In this document: positions 33,768 through 45,992 of the stretch, in pieces
Position numbering within the stretch: the first letter of the stretch is position 1
Layout of the letters: each line of letters begins with the position of its first letter
Assembly: GCA_950097015.1 (NCBI GenBank)
Contig: CATNEN010000012.1
Location: 1,116,001 to 1,180,000, forward strand
Length of the DNA: 64,000 bases
Reading direction: 5' to 3'
From: Macrostomum hystrix
Taxonomy: Eukaryota; Animalia; Platyhelminthes
The notes under the pieces: generated by a model
Database searches by the model: none
Told to the model about the DNA's origin: nothing
Seen by the model: only the letters and a program-made list of their open reading frames with translations
Made by a program: the position numbers and the translations under genes

Positions 33768-34305
33768 GGGGAGAGAGTGGGGGAAGGAGAGAGTGGGGGA
33801 AGGAGAGAGTGGGGGAAGGAGAGAGTGGGGGAAGGAGAGAGTGGGGGAAGGAGAGAGTGGGGGAAGGAGAGAGTGGGGGAAGAGGAGAGTAGAGGAAGGA
33901 GAGAGTGGGGGAGTTAGAGAGTGTGGGAGGGAGAGACTGGGGGATGGAGAGAGTGGGGGAAGGAGAGAGTGGGGGAGGGAGAGAGTGGGGGAAGAAGAGA
34001 GTGGGGGAGGGAGAGAGTGGGGTAAGGAGAGAGTGGGGGAGGGAGAGAGTGGGGGAGGGAGAGAGTGGGGGAAGAAGAGAGTGGGGGAAGAAGAGAGTGG
34101 GGGAAGGAGAGAGTGGGGGAGGGAGAGAGTGGGGGAAGAAGAGAGTGGGGGAGGGAGAGAGTGGGGTAAGGAGAGAGTGGGGTAGGGAGAGAGTGGGGTA
34201 AGGAGAGAGTGGGGTAGGGAGAGAGTGGGGGAAGGAGAGAGTGGGGGAAGGAGAGAGTGGGGTAGGGAGAGAGTGGGGGAGGGAGAGTGGGGGATGGAGA
34301 GAGTG
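33768..34305. repeat. 16-bp purine-rich minisatellite GGAGAGAGTGGGGGAA, about 33 copies
   Basis: Direct periodicity of 16; each unit has a G4-G5 run. Confidence 0.95.
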
Positions 34306-36108
34306 TGAGAGTGAGAATGAGGAAGGGAGGAGACTTACGAAGTTGACTTTCGCTGTCAAAGCGGCACGCGGCAAATAGTATGCATTGGGAATTAAAAAAG
34401 AGGTTCTTAGAGCCGCACGTCACCTTTGTTTGAGCTCGTGAGAGAAGGATCCGTTTGGCCCATACGGTGCAGTGACTGAGTGGATGACCAAATGTTTCAG
34501 GTCTACATGCCAGGCCTCACTAATAAAAGAAGAGTAAAGGAAAAAGAAGAGAAACAATAAAATGGTAAAAGAGGGAGAGAAGGATCAGAGACGGGCAGCC
34601 CACCAATGTCCAGTTATGTGTGCATAGGAGTGAAATGACGAAAGTAGGCGGAGCGGAGACCCCGTGGGGAGTTGGTGAGGCGGAGCTTGGCCAAGTGGGT
34701 CCCGCCCCGGCAAACATGGCTGACGCATGAGAATTCTTGAGCACACTTGAACAGCGAGCATAGAGAGTTCTCTGATGCGCACTCAGGAATATTCGATGTC
34801 TGCTAAAGTTTTCTAGAAACTTTAATTCGACCCGCTGACTGTTGAGCTTCGCCGATTAGGTCACTCCAGTTATAGCTTAAATAGAACAAAACGGTCAGCA
34901 AGACACAATGATACCCGGAGCGCAATGCAATCACGATCTGGAGCATGCCGGGCATTAGCCTTCGCAACTATTCAACAATGAATAGTGTGTTAAGATACGG
35001 TGTATCTCTCTTGGTGTTGTTAACAAGTGTGGCGCCTACAAAATGCCCAAGCAGCAAAATTCCTGTGGTACACACTTGCTGACGTATTAATCAAGCCTAA
35101 ACCAATGGCTTCGGGCTCAATCATGAATTTGATTATCTTCCATGGCTATGACGATTATTTAGCAATTAACTAGGCGCAATAATTCAATTGTCAGACTGCC
35201 AAAGGCCTGTTTTACTTCTTCTAATTTCTTCTTGTTGTTATGCAGTACCAGATAGGAAAAAAACAACTTTTCTCTCCTTCAATTCCTCCGAGTAAGCTAT
35301 ACAGTTCTGGGAAGAAAGATAAATGTGATTCGAAGCGGAAATTTTCTCCTAATTAACGGGCAGCAATGGGGAGTGAGTCTGTCAGGGTTTTGTGTCACGG
35401 TGGTTGAAGGCCTGTCAGCGAGCTCTGCCCGGCTCTCCTCGATACTAAATTAGGTTGAGCATGTTTTTTCTCTCTTCCTATACTCTTGTTTTTTTTATCC
35501 TCACGACAGGGCATCATCATCCAAATATCCCCCTTGATAGAAATATCCCATAGGATCTGCCCCTTGATTTATTTCCACCATCCCTGTCTCAGCATCCCGA
35601 ATCTGACCGGGTGAGGCCGAAGCACATAGGGATTGATATCTAGTCTGTAATGGGGATAACTGACTAAAAACTTAATTCCCATGCGAATTCTTAATGAAAG
35701 GGAAGCCTCACATACAGGCACCGGGCTTACTGTCTTCCATGTCAGTAGGACTCAGTGTCCGAGTCTCTACTCAAGGCTTAGACCTAATCACAAATTTGAC
35801 AGGCCTGTATATTGCCATATGAGACCATAGCAGTGTTGATCACCTAGGCACGTTGGCAGTTCGGCTGGAATTCTCGGCTCATTTCAATATGAATTCGTGA
35901 GTTTGCTCACATAACTTTTCTGGCACGATGTTGGATTTGACTGCTTAATTAGCTGTTCAGGGATTTCCGAATGATTACAAACTGAAATTTTACACCATTT
36001 ATGTTTTATGGGCGGACTTTTCTCGTAAATAAATATTTAACACAATAAATGTAAGATATAGAGTCTAGCAAAATGCTGCAGACATGTAATTGCGAATCTA
36101 ACTATGAT

Positions 36109-36938
36109 TCCAGCTAGAGTTCTGGTTACTGTTCCAGCTAGAGTTCTGGTTACTGTTCCAGCTAGAGTTCTGGCTACTGTTTCAGCTAGAGTTCTGGCTA
36201 CTGTTCCAGCTAGAGTTCTGGTTACTGTACCAGCTAGAGTTCTGGCTACTGTTCCAGCTAGAGTTCTGGTTACTGTTCCAGCTAGAGTTCTGGCTACTGT
36301 TTCAGCTAGAGTTCTGGCTACTGTTCCAGCTAGAGTTCTGGTTACTGTACCAGCTAGAGTTCTGGCTACTGTTCCAGCTAGAGTTCTGGTTACTGTACCA
36401 GCTAGATTTCTGGCTACTGTTCCAGCTAGAGTTCTGGTTACTGTTCCAGCTAGAGTTCTGGCTACTGTTCCAGCTAGAGTTCTGGCTACTGTTCCAGCTA
36501 GATTTCTGGCTACTGTTCCAGCTAGAGTTCTGGCTACTGTTCCAGCTAGAGTTCTGGCTACTGTTCCAGCTAGAGTTCTGGTTACTGTTCCAGCTAGAGT
36601 TCTGGTTACTGTTCCAGCTAGATTTCTGGCTACTGTTCCAGCTAGAGTTCTGGCTACTGTTCCAGCTAGAGTTCTGGTTACTGTTCCAGCTAGAGTTCTG
36701 GCTACTGTTCCAGCTAGAGTTCTGGTTACTGTTCCAGCTAGATTTCTGGCTACTGTTCCAGCTAGAGTTCTGGTTACTGTTCCAGCTAGAGTTCTGGCTA
36801 CTGTTCCAGCTAGAGTTCTGGCTACTGTTCCAGCTAGAGTTCTGGCTTACTGTTCCAGCTAGAGTTCTGGCTACTGTTCCAGCTAGAGTTCTGGCTACTG
36901 TTCCAGCTAGAGTTCTGGCTACTGTTCCAGCTAGAGTT
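36109..36938. repeat. 24-bp minisatellite TCCAGCTAGAGTTCTGG(C/T)TACTGT, about 34 copies
   Basis: Direct periodicity of 24. Confidence 0.97.
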
Positions 36939-38657
36939 TTCCAGCTTCAGTGATAATTAAATGGCTGCAACTCAGCTATGGCACTAGTCGAATGACGGTC
37001 ATAGCGCAATGACAAGCGCAGCTGATTGCGCAACTGAGCACCCGCTGGTACAGTTTTGAGCACAGTTGGAACAGCTCAGAATTGAGCAGTAATTAATGCT
37101 AGCTAAGATAGAGCCAGGAGTTCAGTCTGCATTGTGGATTCCCAGGGGTTTTCCGATCAATTTTAGACAACCTTTTCTCAAAAATTCTCATCTACCCGCC
37201 GTTTTATTTTTCTTATTCTCAAATTTGAGCACAGAATGAATGAGAAAACAGAGTTGAGAATATCTTTGAGTTTTGGCTCAGCACTGAATCATTTCTGAAG
37301 AATCGAGAGCGTGAATAGAATGGTGAGAAGACCGGATGTCGAGGAAGTGGAGTTCGCCCCGTCCCTATCCCGTCTTCCCATATTTCAATCCCATAAATAG
37401 TTTTCTCCTCATTCCTATTGTTCGTCGGTTTCAAATTGCAGACCAACGAAAATTGTTCTCAAATTTCTTGAAGAGCGAAGCGCACCCCGCCTAATATTCT
37501 TCAGCTGGGGAAGCGCATTCGCACCTTATGGTTGCGAGCTTTGAGAGGTTAGAGAAGGACGATTCTCCGCCTAGCCCCCGACACACCAACAAACCCTTCA
37601 TCTCCAGGTGGCAGGCGGAGCTCCCGCCCACGCTCCGACGACCAGACGCCCCCACCCTTCCCCACCCACAAAAAATTTGAGTACCCTCCTCGCCAATGAG
37701 TCCTGAAATTTAGGTTTGTTGGTTGGCGTGCCAGACGTCTGTGTTGGTGGCTGGTGACTATAATTTAGTTCAGGTCATGCAGGTGTGAATGAAGAACTGC
37801 TCAATAATTTATGCCAAAGCGTCATGCCGAATTCGATCGATGAACAATCGTCTACCATAAAAGTCGCTAGTCATGTCTAGCAGTGATGTATATAACTCAG
37901 GCATGCTTGCGTTTGCCATTCTTCTACCAGGTTCAAATGCTGTCAATCAAATGGAAAGTCAATATTCGATATTCATTAGTGAGCAGAAGTTTTGCCATCA
38001 ATAATATTACTTCCGTCGCCCTCACTCTTTTTGGTAAATTAATTTTTTTCGATCTTTATTGTTTTTTGCGATATAGCTCAGGTTTTTTGCCTACTCAAAA
38101 TTTAGTTCCGGAAGTGACGCAATCAATGTAGGCAGTGATTTGTGGTTGAATAAACAAAATACTGAGCATCCGAATGTGAGCACACTTACCATACGCTGCT
38201 GTGTGCTAAGCTATGCTGACAGATAATTATATGTCTGCATGGCTGCTCATTCTGCTGCCAGAAAAGTTGATACAAGCAGGCGGAAACTCTCGCAGAATTT
38301 AGCTCACCATAAAATGCTCCTTCACTCTGTAGACTCAAATTATGTTTGCTCAACACTTCTGCTTATTCTTTTTATCTAATTTGCTCTTTGTCTTGTTTCC
38401 GCCCGGTCTGCACATCTGAGCCATATAGAATCTGCAACAATAAAATGTTTGCTAAATTAATTTCAGTTATAATGAATTCTAAATGGCGGACTAATCTTTT
38501 TCAACATTTTTTATCTGTAGGTAGGTAAAGTCTGGACCGCGGGTCAGATGCGCGCAAAATGATCTTAAATTAAGCCACTGGACCCGTTTCAACACCTCTT
38601 GACTGTCTATCCTGCGTCTTCTCTCCCCTGTCCCCTGCACAGTCTCACCTCTGTATA

Positions 38658-39040
38658 TCTCATCTCTCCCTGTCTCATCTCTCCCTGTCTCATCTCTCCC
38701 TGTCTCATCTCTCCCTGTCTCATCTCTCCCTGTCTCATCTCTCCCTGTCTCATCTCTCCCTGTCTCATCTCTCCCTGTCTCATCTCTCCCTGTCTCATCT
38801 CTCCCTGTCTCATCTCTCCCTGTCTCATCTCTCCCTGTCTCATCTCTCCCTGTCTCATCTCTCCCTGTCTCATCTCTCCCTGTCTCATCTCTCCCTGTCT
38901 CATCTCTCCCTGTCTCATCTCTCCCTGTCTCATCTCTCCCTGTCTCATCTCTCCCTGTCTCATCTCTCCCTGTCTCATCTCTCCCGTCTCATCTCTCCCT
39001 GTCTCATCTCTCCCTGTCTCATCTCTCCCTGTCTCATCTC
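38658..39040. repeat. 15-bp minisatellite TCTCATCTCTCCCTG, about 25 copies
   Basis: Direct periodicity of 15. Confidence 0.97.
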
Positions 39041-40011
39041 TTATCAGTGCCAGTTTTCAGTAGTTTTTCAGTTGTAAAAGGGTGTTGAGTTAAGTTGAAG
39101 AGAAAATTTCTTGGCTTGCTTGTATATTTGGGCACTGAGTCCGCAACCAAAACATTGCAAGGACACAGCAGTACAGTGGGCTCCTGTTTGTGTTTAATTG
39201 TCCAATACTTTGGAAATCTCTGGGAAGAAATCTTTAAATACTTTCCACTGCTGCCGTTTCTTGTTCTTACTAGCTATTTTGTTTATTCTGCCCATACTCG
39301 CAGGCAGAAGTGGACTGCCAATTAGGTATAGGCGAATGCGACAAGAGCCACGAGTGACCTCAGGCCCAGCTGCATTGAGCAGATGTTGCTGCCGGACAAG
39401 TGCTTGGGCACTCCGGCTAACATCCGGGCCATTGGTCGCATCTTCGTTGGGCGCTTGTTTCCAGGAAGTGTTTTTCCTTCAATTTCTTGCCTAGCTCTAA
39501 TGACGGCCCTCGGGGACAATCGATTCCAGAAGTCTCCGCCTAAACACGACAGGGGCAAGGTTTCAATGGCATTTCACGGCTCGCCGGGTCGAGATAAACA
39601 GTCGCTGAGAAGACGCAGGGCTAGAGGGCCTGAAGTGTCCTTCCTCCTGTCTTAATTGGTGCTATAGGTTGCTCTCGTGTCCCCCCCACACGGGGAGTGT
39701 TGGCAAAGCCAATTATCTGCGGACAGATGAGCTTAGAGGTTCAAGTGAGGATTAGCACTGCGAGAGAGCCTCAGGCAATGCGGATGTTGTTAGTGTCAGA
39801 CTCACAATCTGAGTTCCAGCGAGCTGGACAAACTGGACTTGGCTGTGTCATAAACTATCTCTTCAGGTACCGACCTGAATATAGATTAATTTCATCAGGA
39901 TTTAAACATTTTCTGAGCAAATTAGCTATTTTTTAATTAGCTAGAATAGGCTTTTTCTGGCCTAATCTAAGTGAATGCATTGAAAGCTCCATTCTATTTT
40001 TCATCCGCGTC

Positions 40012-40030
40012 CATTGGCTGCCGCTGTTCA
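40012..40030 (+). promoter_or_regulatory. Inverted plus direct CCAAT boxes upstream of the M13-like gene
   Basis: CCATTGGCTG (about 40011) and AGCCAATCAG (about 40030) lie about 140 bp upstream of ATG 40167. Function is not shown. Confidence 0.35.
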
Positions 40031-40166
40031 GCCAATCAGAGAGCAGTCAAAATGCGTCAATCGGCCCAGCAAAGGAAGAGAAAAATAAGATCAAAAAGAC
40101 ACATTCACCTTCCACATCCACCGTTCACAATCTGACAGTCGCATCAAACCTTCTGCACAGCTGGAA

Positions 40167-42554
40167 ATGCCTTCTTTGCAGCACCCGGAAGTTCAAAACG
40201 CCACAAACGGCTCCAAGCGTCGAAGTCAGGACAACGTCGCCACGATTATTGAACAGACTGCCGCCCTGATGCCAGCTTCGGGCGCGGCGGCGACTACATC
40301 GCGCAGCAGCACCGAGGAGGTCTCCTCCGGAGGCGAGCCGGGTGTTGACTCCGAAACCGGACTGCGCACTGGCAAGCAGCTGGCTGCGAAAGGCGGCAGC
40401 GGTGGATCAGTAGAGATTCGCGGACGCTGTCGAGCTCGAACCTGCATCCTGAGCGCGGCTGTCGTGCTCTTAGCTGGTGGTCTGGCAGCCCTGTGCGTGC
40501 TCTACTTTGTTGTCGGCCCAGCGCGGGGCTTCGGCTTCAGTCTGGCCGGCAAAGGCGGCGCTGTGGCCAGTGCCCTGGTCGATTCTGCTAGGAACTGCGC
40601 TGTTGTCGCTCCGGTCGTCGCCACAATGTCGTCATCGTCCGAAGCCAACCAGGCCTATATGCGATCTGAAGAATCACCGTGTCGAAGCTTCTATCGACAC
40701 GCCTGCGGCGGCTTTGCCGACGGAGCCAATGGTGGCGTTGCGCTGCGCTGGACTGGCGAAGGAGTGCAGCGACGCGTCAGCGCCATCGATCAGGCCGGTC
40801 GACGCATCCGCGACAGCCTCCTTGAGTCGCTGCTGTTGCACAAAGAGCAGCAGCTCGCCACCACTGCTCCCCATCGCTACCCGTCCTGGAAGACAGCCGT
40901 CGGAAATCTGACAGCGGTATGCGCACGCAGGCCAGTGACACTGACGCCCGAGGAGCTGCGAAGCATGTTTGCCGACCGGCGCCGGTTCGCTCAGACGGCC
41001 CTACTTTCCAGCCGTTCTGCCGCCTGGGGTGTCGACGACTCACCGGAGCGGGTCCTGGCTCAGTTCGCTGCTCACGGCCTTCCCGTTGCCGTCGAAGTTG
41101 CTCCGCTTGAGCCATCGTCATCATCGCCGCCTTCACCGAGTTTACTTCCAATCTGTCTGCGACCCGCGCGACCGGCGCTCCCGCCGATGCCGCGCGACCG
41201 CATGCACCGCCTGGTTGCCGCAGCATTTGAGGCGATGGGCCGCGGCGTGCCGTACATCATCGCCGATAAGATCCTGGCCCTGCACGCCGGCCTGCACAAC
41301 ATCCTGCGACAATCCGAGGAGACCGACTCAATGAAGGCACAAGAGGTGCGACCCTTGGCCTCGCTGCATGCGTTGTTCCCGAACGGCCGTTTCGGCTTGG
41401 AAGCCTTCCTGCGCGAGCTGCTCGCCGGAGAACCGGAAACTGGACGGCCGACACCGTCAACTACAGTCAGCTACGCCTCCGCCTGCGTGACAGACGAGAG
41501 GACGGTTGCCGAAGCTATCAAATTGGCGTCCGGCCAGGACCCGGACACGCTGATTGGCTACGCGCTTGTCAACTCGCTGGCTGGGCTGCGTCCTCGGCTT
41601 GGTCATCTCATGCCTCAGATCTTACTGCGCCAGCTGGCTGCAGATGAGACTGAAAATCCGCCGAAGCCTGCACAGCTACCGGATGCTTGTCTCGACACGG
41701 TGCTGGCGCTGTTTCCGCGAGTTGTGCACCGCGTGCTGGCCGACAAGCATCCGCTAGGCTCGGCGACAAGCCTGACGCAGCGAATCCGCGCAGCATTGGC
41801 TGATGTTGGCGTAGCAAACGGAGGCGGGCAGATCCTCGATCCGTACCTGACCGGCGCCAGTGACAATGTCTACGATGATGCAACAATGTCGGCGCTGTAC
41901 GGTGAGCTCTACCTGCCGGATTCTCAGTCTAGCGAAGGCTATCAGGGCCTGCTGCTGTCGGCTCTGCGTCAGGCGCATTTGGCGCCGATCCGAGCTGCCA
42001 TCCGCGGTCACTCGACGATTCCGCTTCCATTGGCGTCAGAGCCGCTGCTTCTGGCTCGTGATCTGGCACTGGCTGAGCCCACCCACCTGAATGTCGGCAG
42101 TGAGCTGCCGCTGCACTTTTACCTCTCATCTCTGGACGGTGCTCAGTTCTCATTGTTGCTGGCTCGCCAGATGTTGCAGCAGTCGCAGCTGCCACCGAAG
42201 GAGCTCCTAGCTCTGCGCGGCTGCCCCAGCGTCGATACGGCGACCGCCGGCCGTCTGGTGTCCTTGCGGCTCAGTCTGCGTGCAGCCATTGCTGTGGCCA
42301 AGGCATCCAGCGATTCCAGCTTCGATGAGAGTCGCTGGCGCGGCTTCTTCCTCCGCTCCGGGCAGCTGCTGTGCCAGAGGTTCGCCTCGCCGGCTGACTC
42401 TGCCGCAGCTGCCTCCGGCGTCGACTGGGCCTTCGGCCAGCTGCCGGCCTTGCGACGAGTGTTCCAGTGCGCCGCCGATGAGGCGAAGGCGACGATGCCA
42501 AGCGACGCCGATCGAAGGGGCTGCCCGGACATTGCAGCCGGACGCCTTGAATAG
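40167..42554 (+). CDS. Intronless neprilysin/ECE (peptidase M13)-like type II membrane protein, 795 aa, predicted catalytically inactive
   Basis: Cytoplasmic N-terminus, TM helix ILSAAVVLLAGGLAALCVLYFVV, M13 N-terminal motif SPCRSFYRHACGGF, ACLDTVLALFP, and C-terminal FFLRSGQLLC...RRVFQC...C. No HExxH, NAFY or GENIAD motif is recognisable. Confidence 0.82.
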   Translation: MPSLQHPEVQNATNGSKRRSQDNVATIIEQTAALMPASGAAATTSRSSTEEVSSGGEPGVDSETGLRTGKQLAAKGGSGGSVEIRGRCRARTCILSAAVVLLAGGLAALCVLYFVVGPARGFGFSLAGKGGAVASALVDSARNCAVVAPVVATMSSSSEANQAYMRSEESPCRSFYRHACGGFADGANGGVALRWTGEGVQRRVSAIDQAGRRIRDSLLESLLLHKEQQLATTAPHRYPSWKTAVGNLTAVCARRPVTLTPEELRSMFADRRRFAQTALLSSRSAAWGVDDSPERVLAQFAAHGLPVAVEVAPLEPSSSSPPSPSLLPICLRPARPALPPMPRDRMHRLVAAAFEAMGRGVPYIIADKILALHAGLHNILRQSEETDSMKAQEVRPLASLHALFPNGRFGLEAFLRELLAGEPETGRPTPSTTVSYASACVTDERTVAEAIKLASGQDPDTLIGYALVNSLAGLRPRLGHLMPQILLRQLAADETENPPKPAQLPDACLDTVLALFPRVVHRVLADKHPLGSATSLTQRIRAALADVGVANGGGQILDPYLTGASDNVYDDATMSALYGELYLPDSQSSEGYQGLLLSALRQAHLAPIRAAIRGHSTIPLPLASEPLLLARDLALAEPTHLNVGSELPLHFYLSSLDGAQFSLLLARQMLQQSQLPPKELLALRGCPSVDTATAGRLVSLRLSLRAAIAVAKASSDSSFDESRWRGFFLRSGQLLCQRFASPADSAAAASGVDWAFGQLPALRRVFQCAADEAKATMPSDADRRGCPDIAAGRLE

Positions 42555-43302
42555 GCTCTGACAGATAATTATTGAATGTCAAGCCTGACAAAAAGCTGTT
42601 TTGTAAAGCTTAGCAACACTATTAGCACATTGATCTCCTTTCAATGCTAGATCGAAGTTGACCCCTGAAGCACTGATTACCTCGACAATGAAAATTCGCT
42701 AAATATGTCTCGTGTTTCTTGTTTTTTTTCCCACACTTCTCTCATTTAGTTTTATTCGAATAGGTCTTTAAGGTGATTTTTTGGTCAAATAATAAAATGC
42801 TTTTCGAATTGTTTGTTTCCTACTGAACCCAATTCACAGCTATTCGAGTGTAATTATAAAAGCTCATTGTTTTCTTGTTTTTTTTCTTTACTGTTATTAG
42901 CTTTAATTGTTTGTTTTCATAGCCTGTGTTTTACAACTCATTTTTATTTAATTACACGAGTGTGCTTGTAAGCTTTTTATAGTATCAGAGTGCAGCTGGC
43001 TGGCGGCAATTTCTGCTGATTAAACCATTTTTGTCGATGTCGCTACTGTTTACGCCCATTGTCTAAATGTATGTCTTCAAAATGATTGACTTTTTAAATA
43101 TACCTTCGATATAAATAGACTAACATTTGCTGAAGCATTGGTGTGCAAGAAAAAGCTAAATTTGTGAGCTATTTGTGAATACTTTTGACATCTCGATTGC
43201 CCCAATGGCATTTACAAGTTGAGTCGTTTATTCACACTAAGACAGTGTTTAGGCACAACAAAACGATGGAGTATCAGATTTCAGTGTCAACAGATTTACC
43301 AC

Positions 43303-44185
43303 TTGTGTCAGTGGATGAGTATCTATTGTGTCAGTGGATGAGTATCTATTGTGTCAGTGGATGAGTATCTATTGTGTCAGTGGATGAGTATCTATTGTGT
43401 CAGTGGATGAGTATCTACTTGTGTCAGTGGATGAGTATCTATTGTGTCAGTGGATGAGTATCTATTGTGTCAGTGGATGAGTATCTATTGTGTCAGTGGA
43501 TGAGTATCTATTGTGTCAGTGGATGAGTATCTATTGTGTCAGTGGATGAGTATCTATTGTGTCAGTGGATGAGTATCTATTGTGTCAGTGGATGAGTATC
43601 TATTGTGTCAGTGGATGAGTATCTATTGTGTCAGTGGATGAGTATCTATTGTGTCAGTGGATGAGTATCTATTGTGTCAGTGGATGAGTATCTACTGTGT
43701 CAGTGGATGAGTATCTATTGTGTCAGTGGATGTATCTCTATTGTGTCAGTGGACGTATCTCTATTGTGTCAGTGGACGTATCTCTATTGTGTCAGTGGAT
43801 GTATCTGATTTGTGTCAGTGGATGTATCTGATTTGTGTCAGTGCAGGATGTATCTCTATTGTGTCAGGAGATGTGTCCGCTACAGTGTCTGTAGATGTGT
43901 CTCTACTGTGTCTGTAGATGTGTCTCTACTGTGTCTGTAGATGTGTCTCTACTGTGTCTGTAGATGTGTCTCTACTGTGTCTGTAGATGTGTCTCTACTG
44001 TGTCTGTAGATGTGTCTCTACTGTGTCTGTAGATGTGTCTCTACTGTGTCTGTAGATGTGTCTCTACTGTGTCTGTAGATGTATCTCTACTGTGTCTGTA
44101 GATGTGTCTCTACTGTGTCTGTAGATGTGTCTCTACTGTGTCTGTAGATGTGTCTCTACTGCGTCTGTAGATGTGTCTCTACTGT
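43303..44185. repeat. Bipartite 23-bp minisatellite: TGTGTCAGTGGATGAGTATCTAT (about 43303-43730) grading into TGTGTCTGTAGATGTGTCTCTAC (about 43885-44185)
   Basis: Both units are 23 bp; intermediate hybrid units lie at about 43730-43880. Confidence 0.95.
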
Positions 44186-45951
44186 GTCTGATTACAGTGT
44201 ATGATTATTTTTTATTGAACTAAGATATAGAATTAACAGTTATAAAATTAGATAAGATGAAATAATGGTCATTCACATATCTCAAATTTTTCGATGTCTT
44301 CACAATTAGATATTAGAGGAAGCGGCCGTGTGGTCACTTTATTAAAGCAACTTAACCGAATATAAATGATCTATCCGAATATGATAATTGCAAAAGGCAA
44401 ACAAGGAGGTTGGCACCTATCACCAGCTCTCCAGTTCGACCCAATTGAATTCGTATTGAATGCAATAATTTAGACTTAAAATCAAGCCGCAGTGTTATTT
44501 CATTGTCACGTGACCTCACACAATGCAACACACAATACGGGCGAGACTAGGAATCGAACCCTGCCGTTCCATTGGGAAAAGGAATGTCCCGATGCCGCTC
44601 GGGGGATGGAGCGGAAAATGAGCCCGACTTGGCTCGCATTTTTCCCAATGTCTGATTGATGAGGCGTGGGGGTCGGTCTGATCTGTCTATATTTTTCTCC
44701 CTTCCTTTAGGATAATTTTAGGGATCAAAAGGCGAAATTCTCTCTAAATCAAAGTCAGATGGGACTCCATTTGCCCCTATGCTTCCTCCTTTCTTAGTTT
44801 TGAACCATCTTTCATGAATAAATTGCACAATGGTCCCATGTGCATGAAGCAGTGACTAATTAGCCCCCTTCAGCTGCGCTGCTCAATTGCGGATGAAAAA
44901 TGGTGTGGATCAGAATAGGCTGCAAGTCTACTATAGTATTTTTTATTGAACTTGGTGGATGCAAGAAAGAATATGTGAATCATGAGTCACTTTATGTATG
45001 CGTATATAGAATATTGCCTTTCAATGAACGTTAACCGGAATATATTCCTTTCCAGACTCGGATTGACTTCATCTCGTCGAAGACGATCCATTAGTTAGCT
45101 CTGAATATCAGTCTGGCAAACTATTTTTTAAGCCTAAGTTTGGAGCAAGCAACCGATGCAGGTTCAAGGAAAATTTATATATTAGTGATCACGAAGGACA
45201 CCTCGTACACTGTTTGTACTTATGCCGATTTTCATGGCATTGGCCCGGTATGCAGAATGCTATGTAATAGGGCTAATCGGCTTAAAATTCAAGGCTTGTC
45301 TAGGATACATTGTGTGCAGAAGTGCAAAAGTTATTTTGAGAAAGTTGAAAAAGTTGATTTTAAGATCATAGACGAAACTACCCAGTCTGGACTAGCAAGT
45401 CTCGGCTAGGCTTTCTGCATGCGAGCCATTATTATTCGTCAGTAAACTTTTGGGTTTTTCAGTGGTTGCTCAGTGTTTTTAATGCGCATGTAGGCGTGTA
45501 AACTCAAATTTATACATAAAATGCATAAAAAAGACTAGACCAACAGAAACTTGCATCCAACACCCGATTTAGAATAACGATTTATTTATAAACCTGCTAA
45601 GCGTTTAACCTGAGTTTCAACACGAGTTCAATATATGCAAATATCAAACAGCGAAATGTCCGGTGCTTAAAGTTTTCGTAATCAGATTTAAACAAACTGC
45701 TAAACTGTTGTAACCAAATAAAATAATAAAAGCTAAATTTAATAAACAATTCGCACTATTTAGACACTCTATTTAAAATAAATATAATATAGACTGATAT
45801 TTTTTATAACTAGATCTACTTTACAGGGCAACGAGTATTCTTCCCTACACTTCTCTCCAGAAACCATTGACTACATTTGCACCATTTCAAATTTTCAAAG
45901 AAGCGGTTTTCTAAGTTCTCGTGTGCGCTGTTCGCGCCTGTATACACATTA

Positions 45952-45966
45952 TTTGCTTGTGGTAAC
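45952..45966 (+). promoter_or_regulatory. Possible imperfect RFX X-box upstream of CFAP20
   Basis: TTTGCT-TGT-GGTAAC, 26 nt before the ATG. The RGYAAC half-site is perfect and the other half has two mismatches. Ciliary genes are commonly RFX targets. Confidence 0.3.
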
Positions 45967-45992
45967 ATCTTTTTGTGGTGTTATTGTTCAAA

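Noticed and set aside
33718-39063. Repeat ORFs (PHSLPPP, VPARVLAT, ISPCL/MRQGE)
   Set aside because: Direct translations of the 16-, 24- and 15-bp minisatellites with no splice or domain support.
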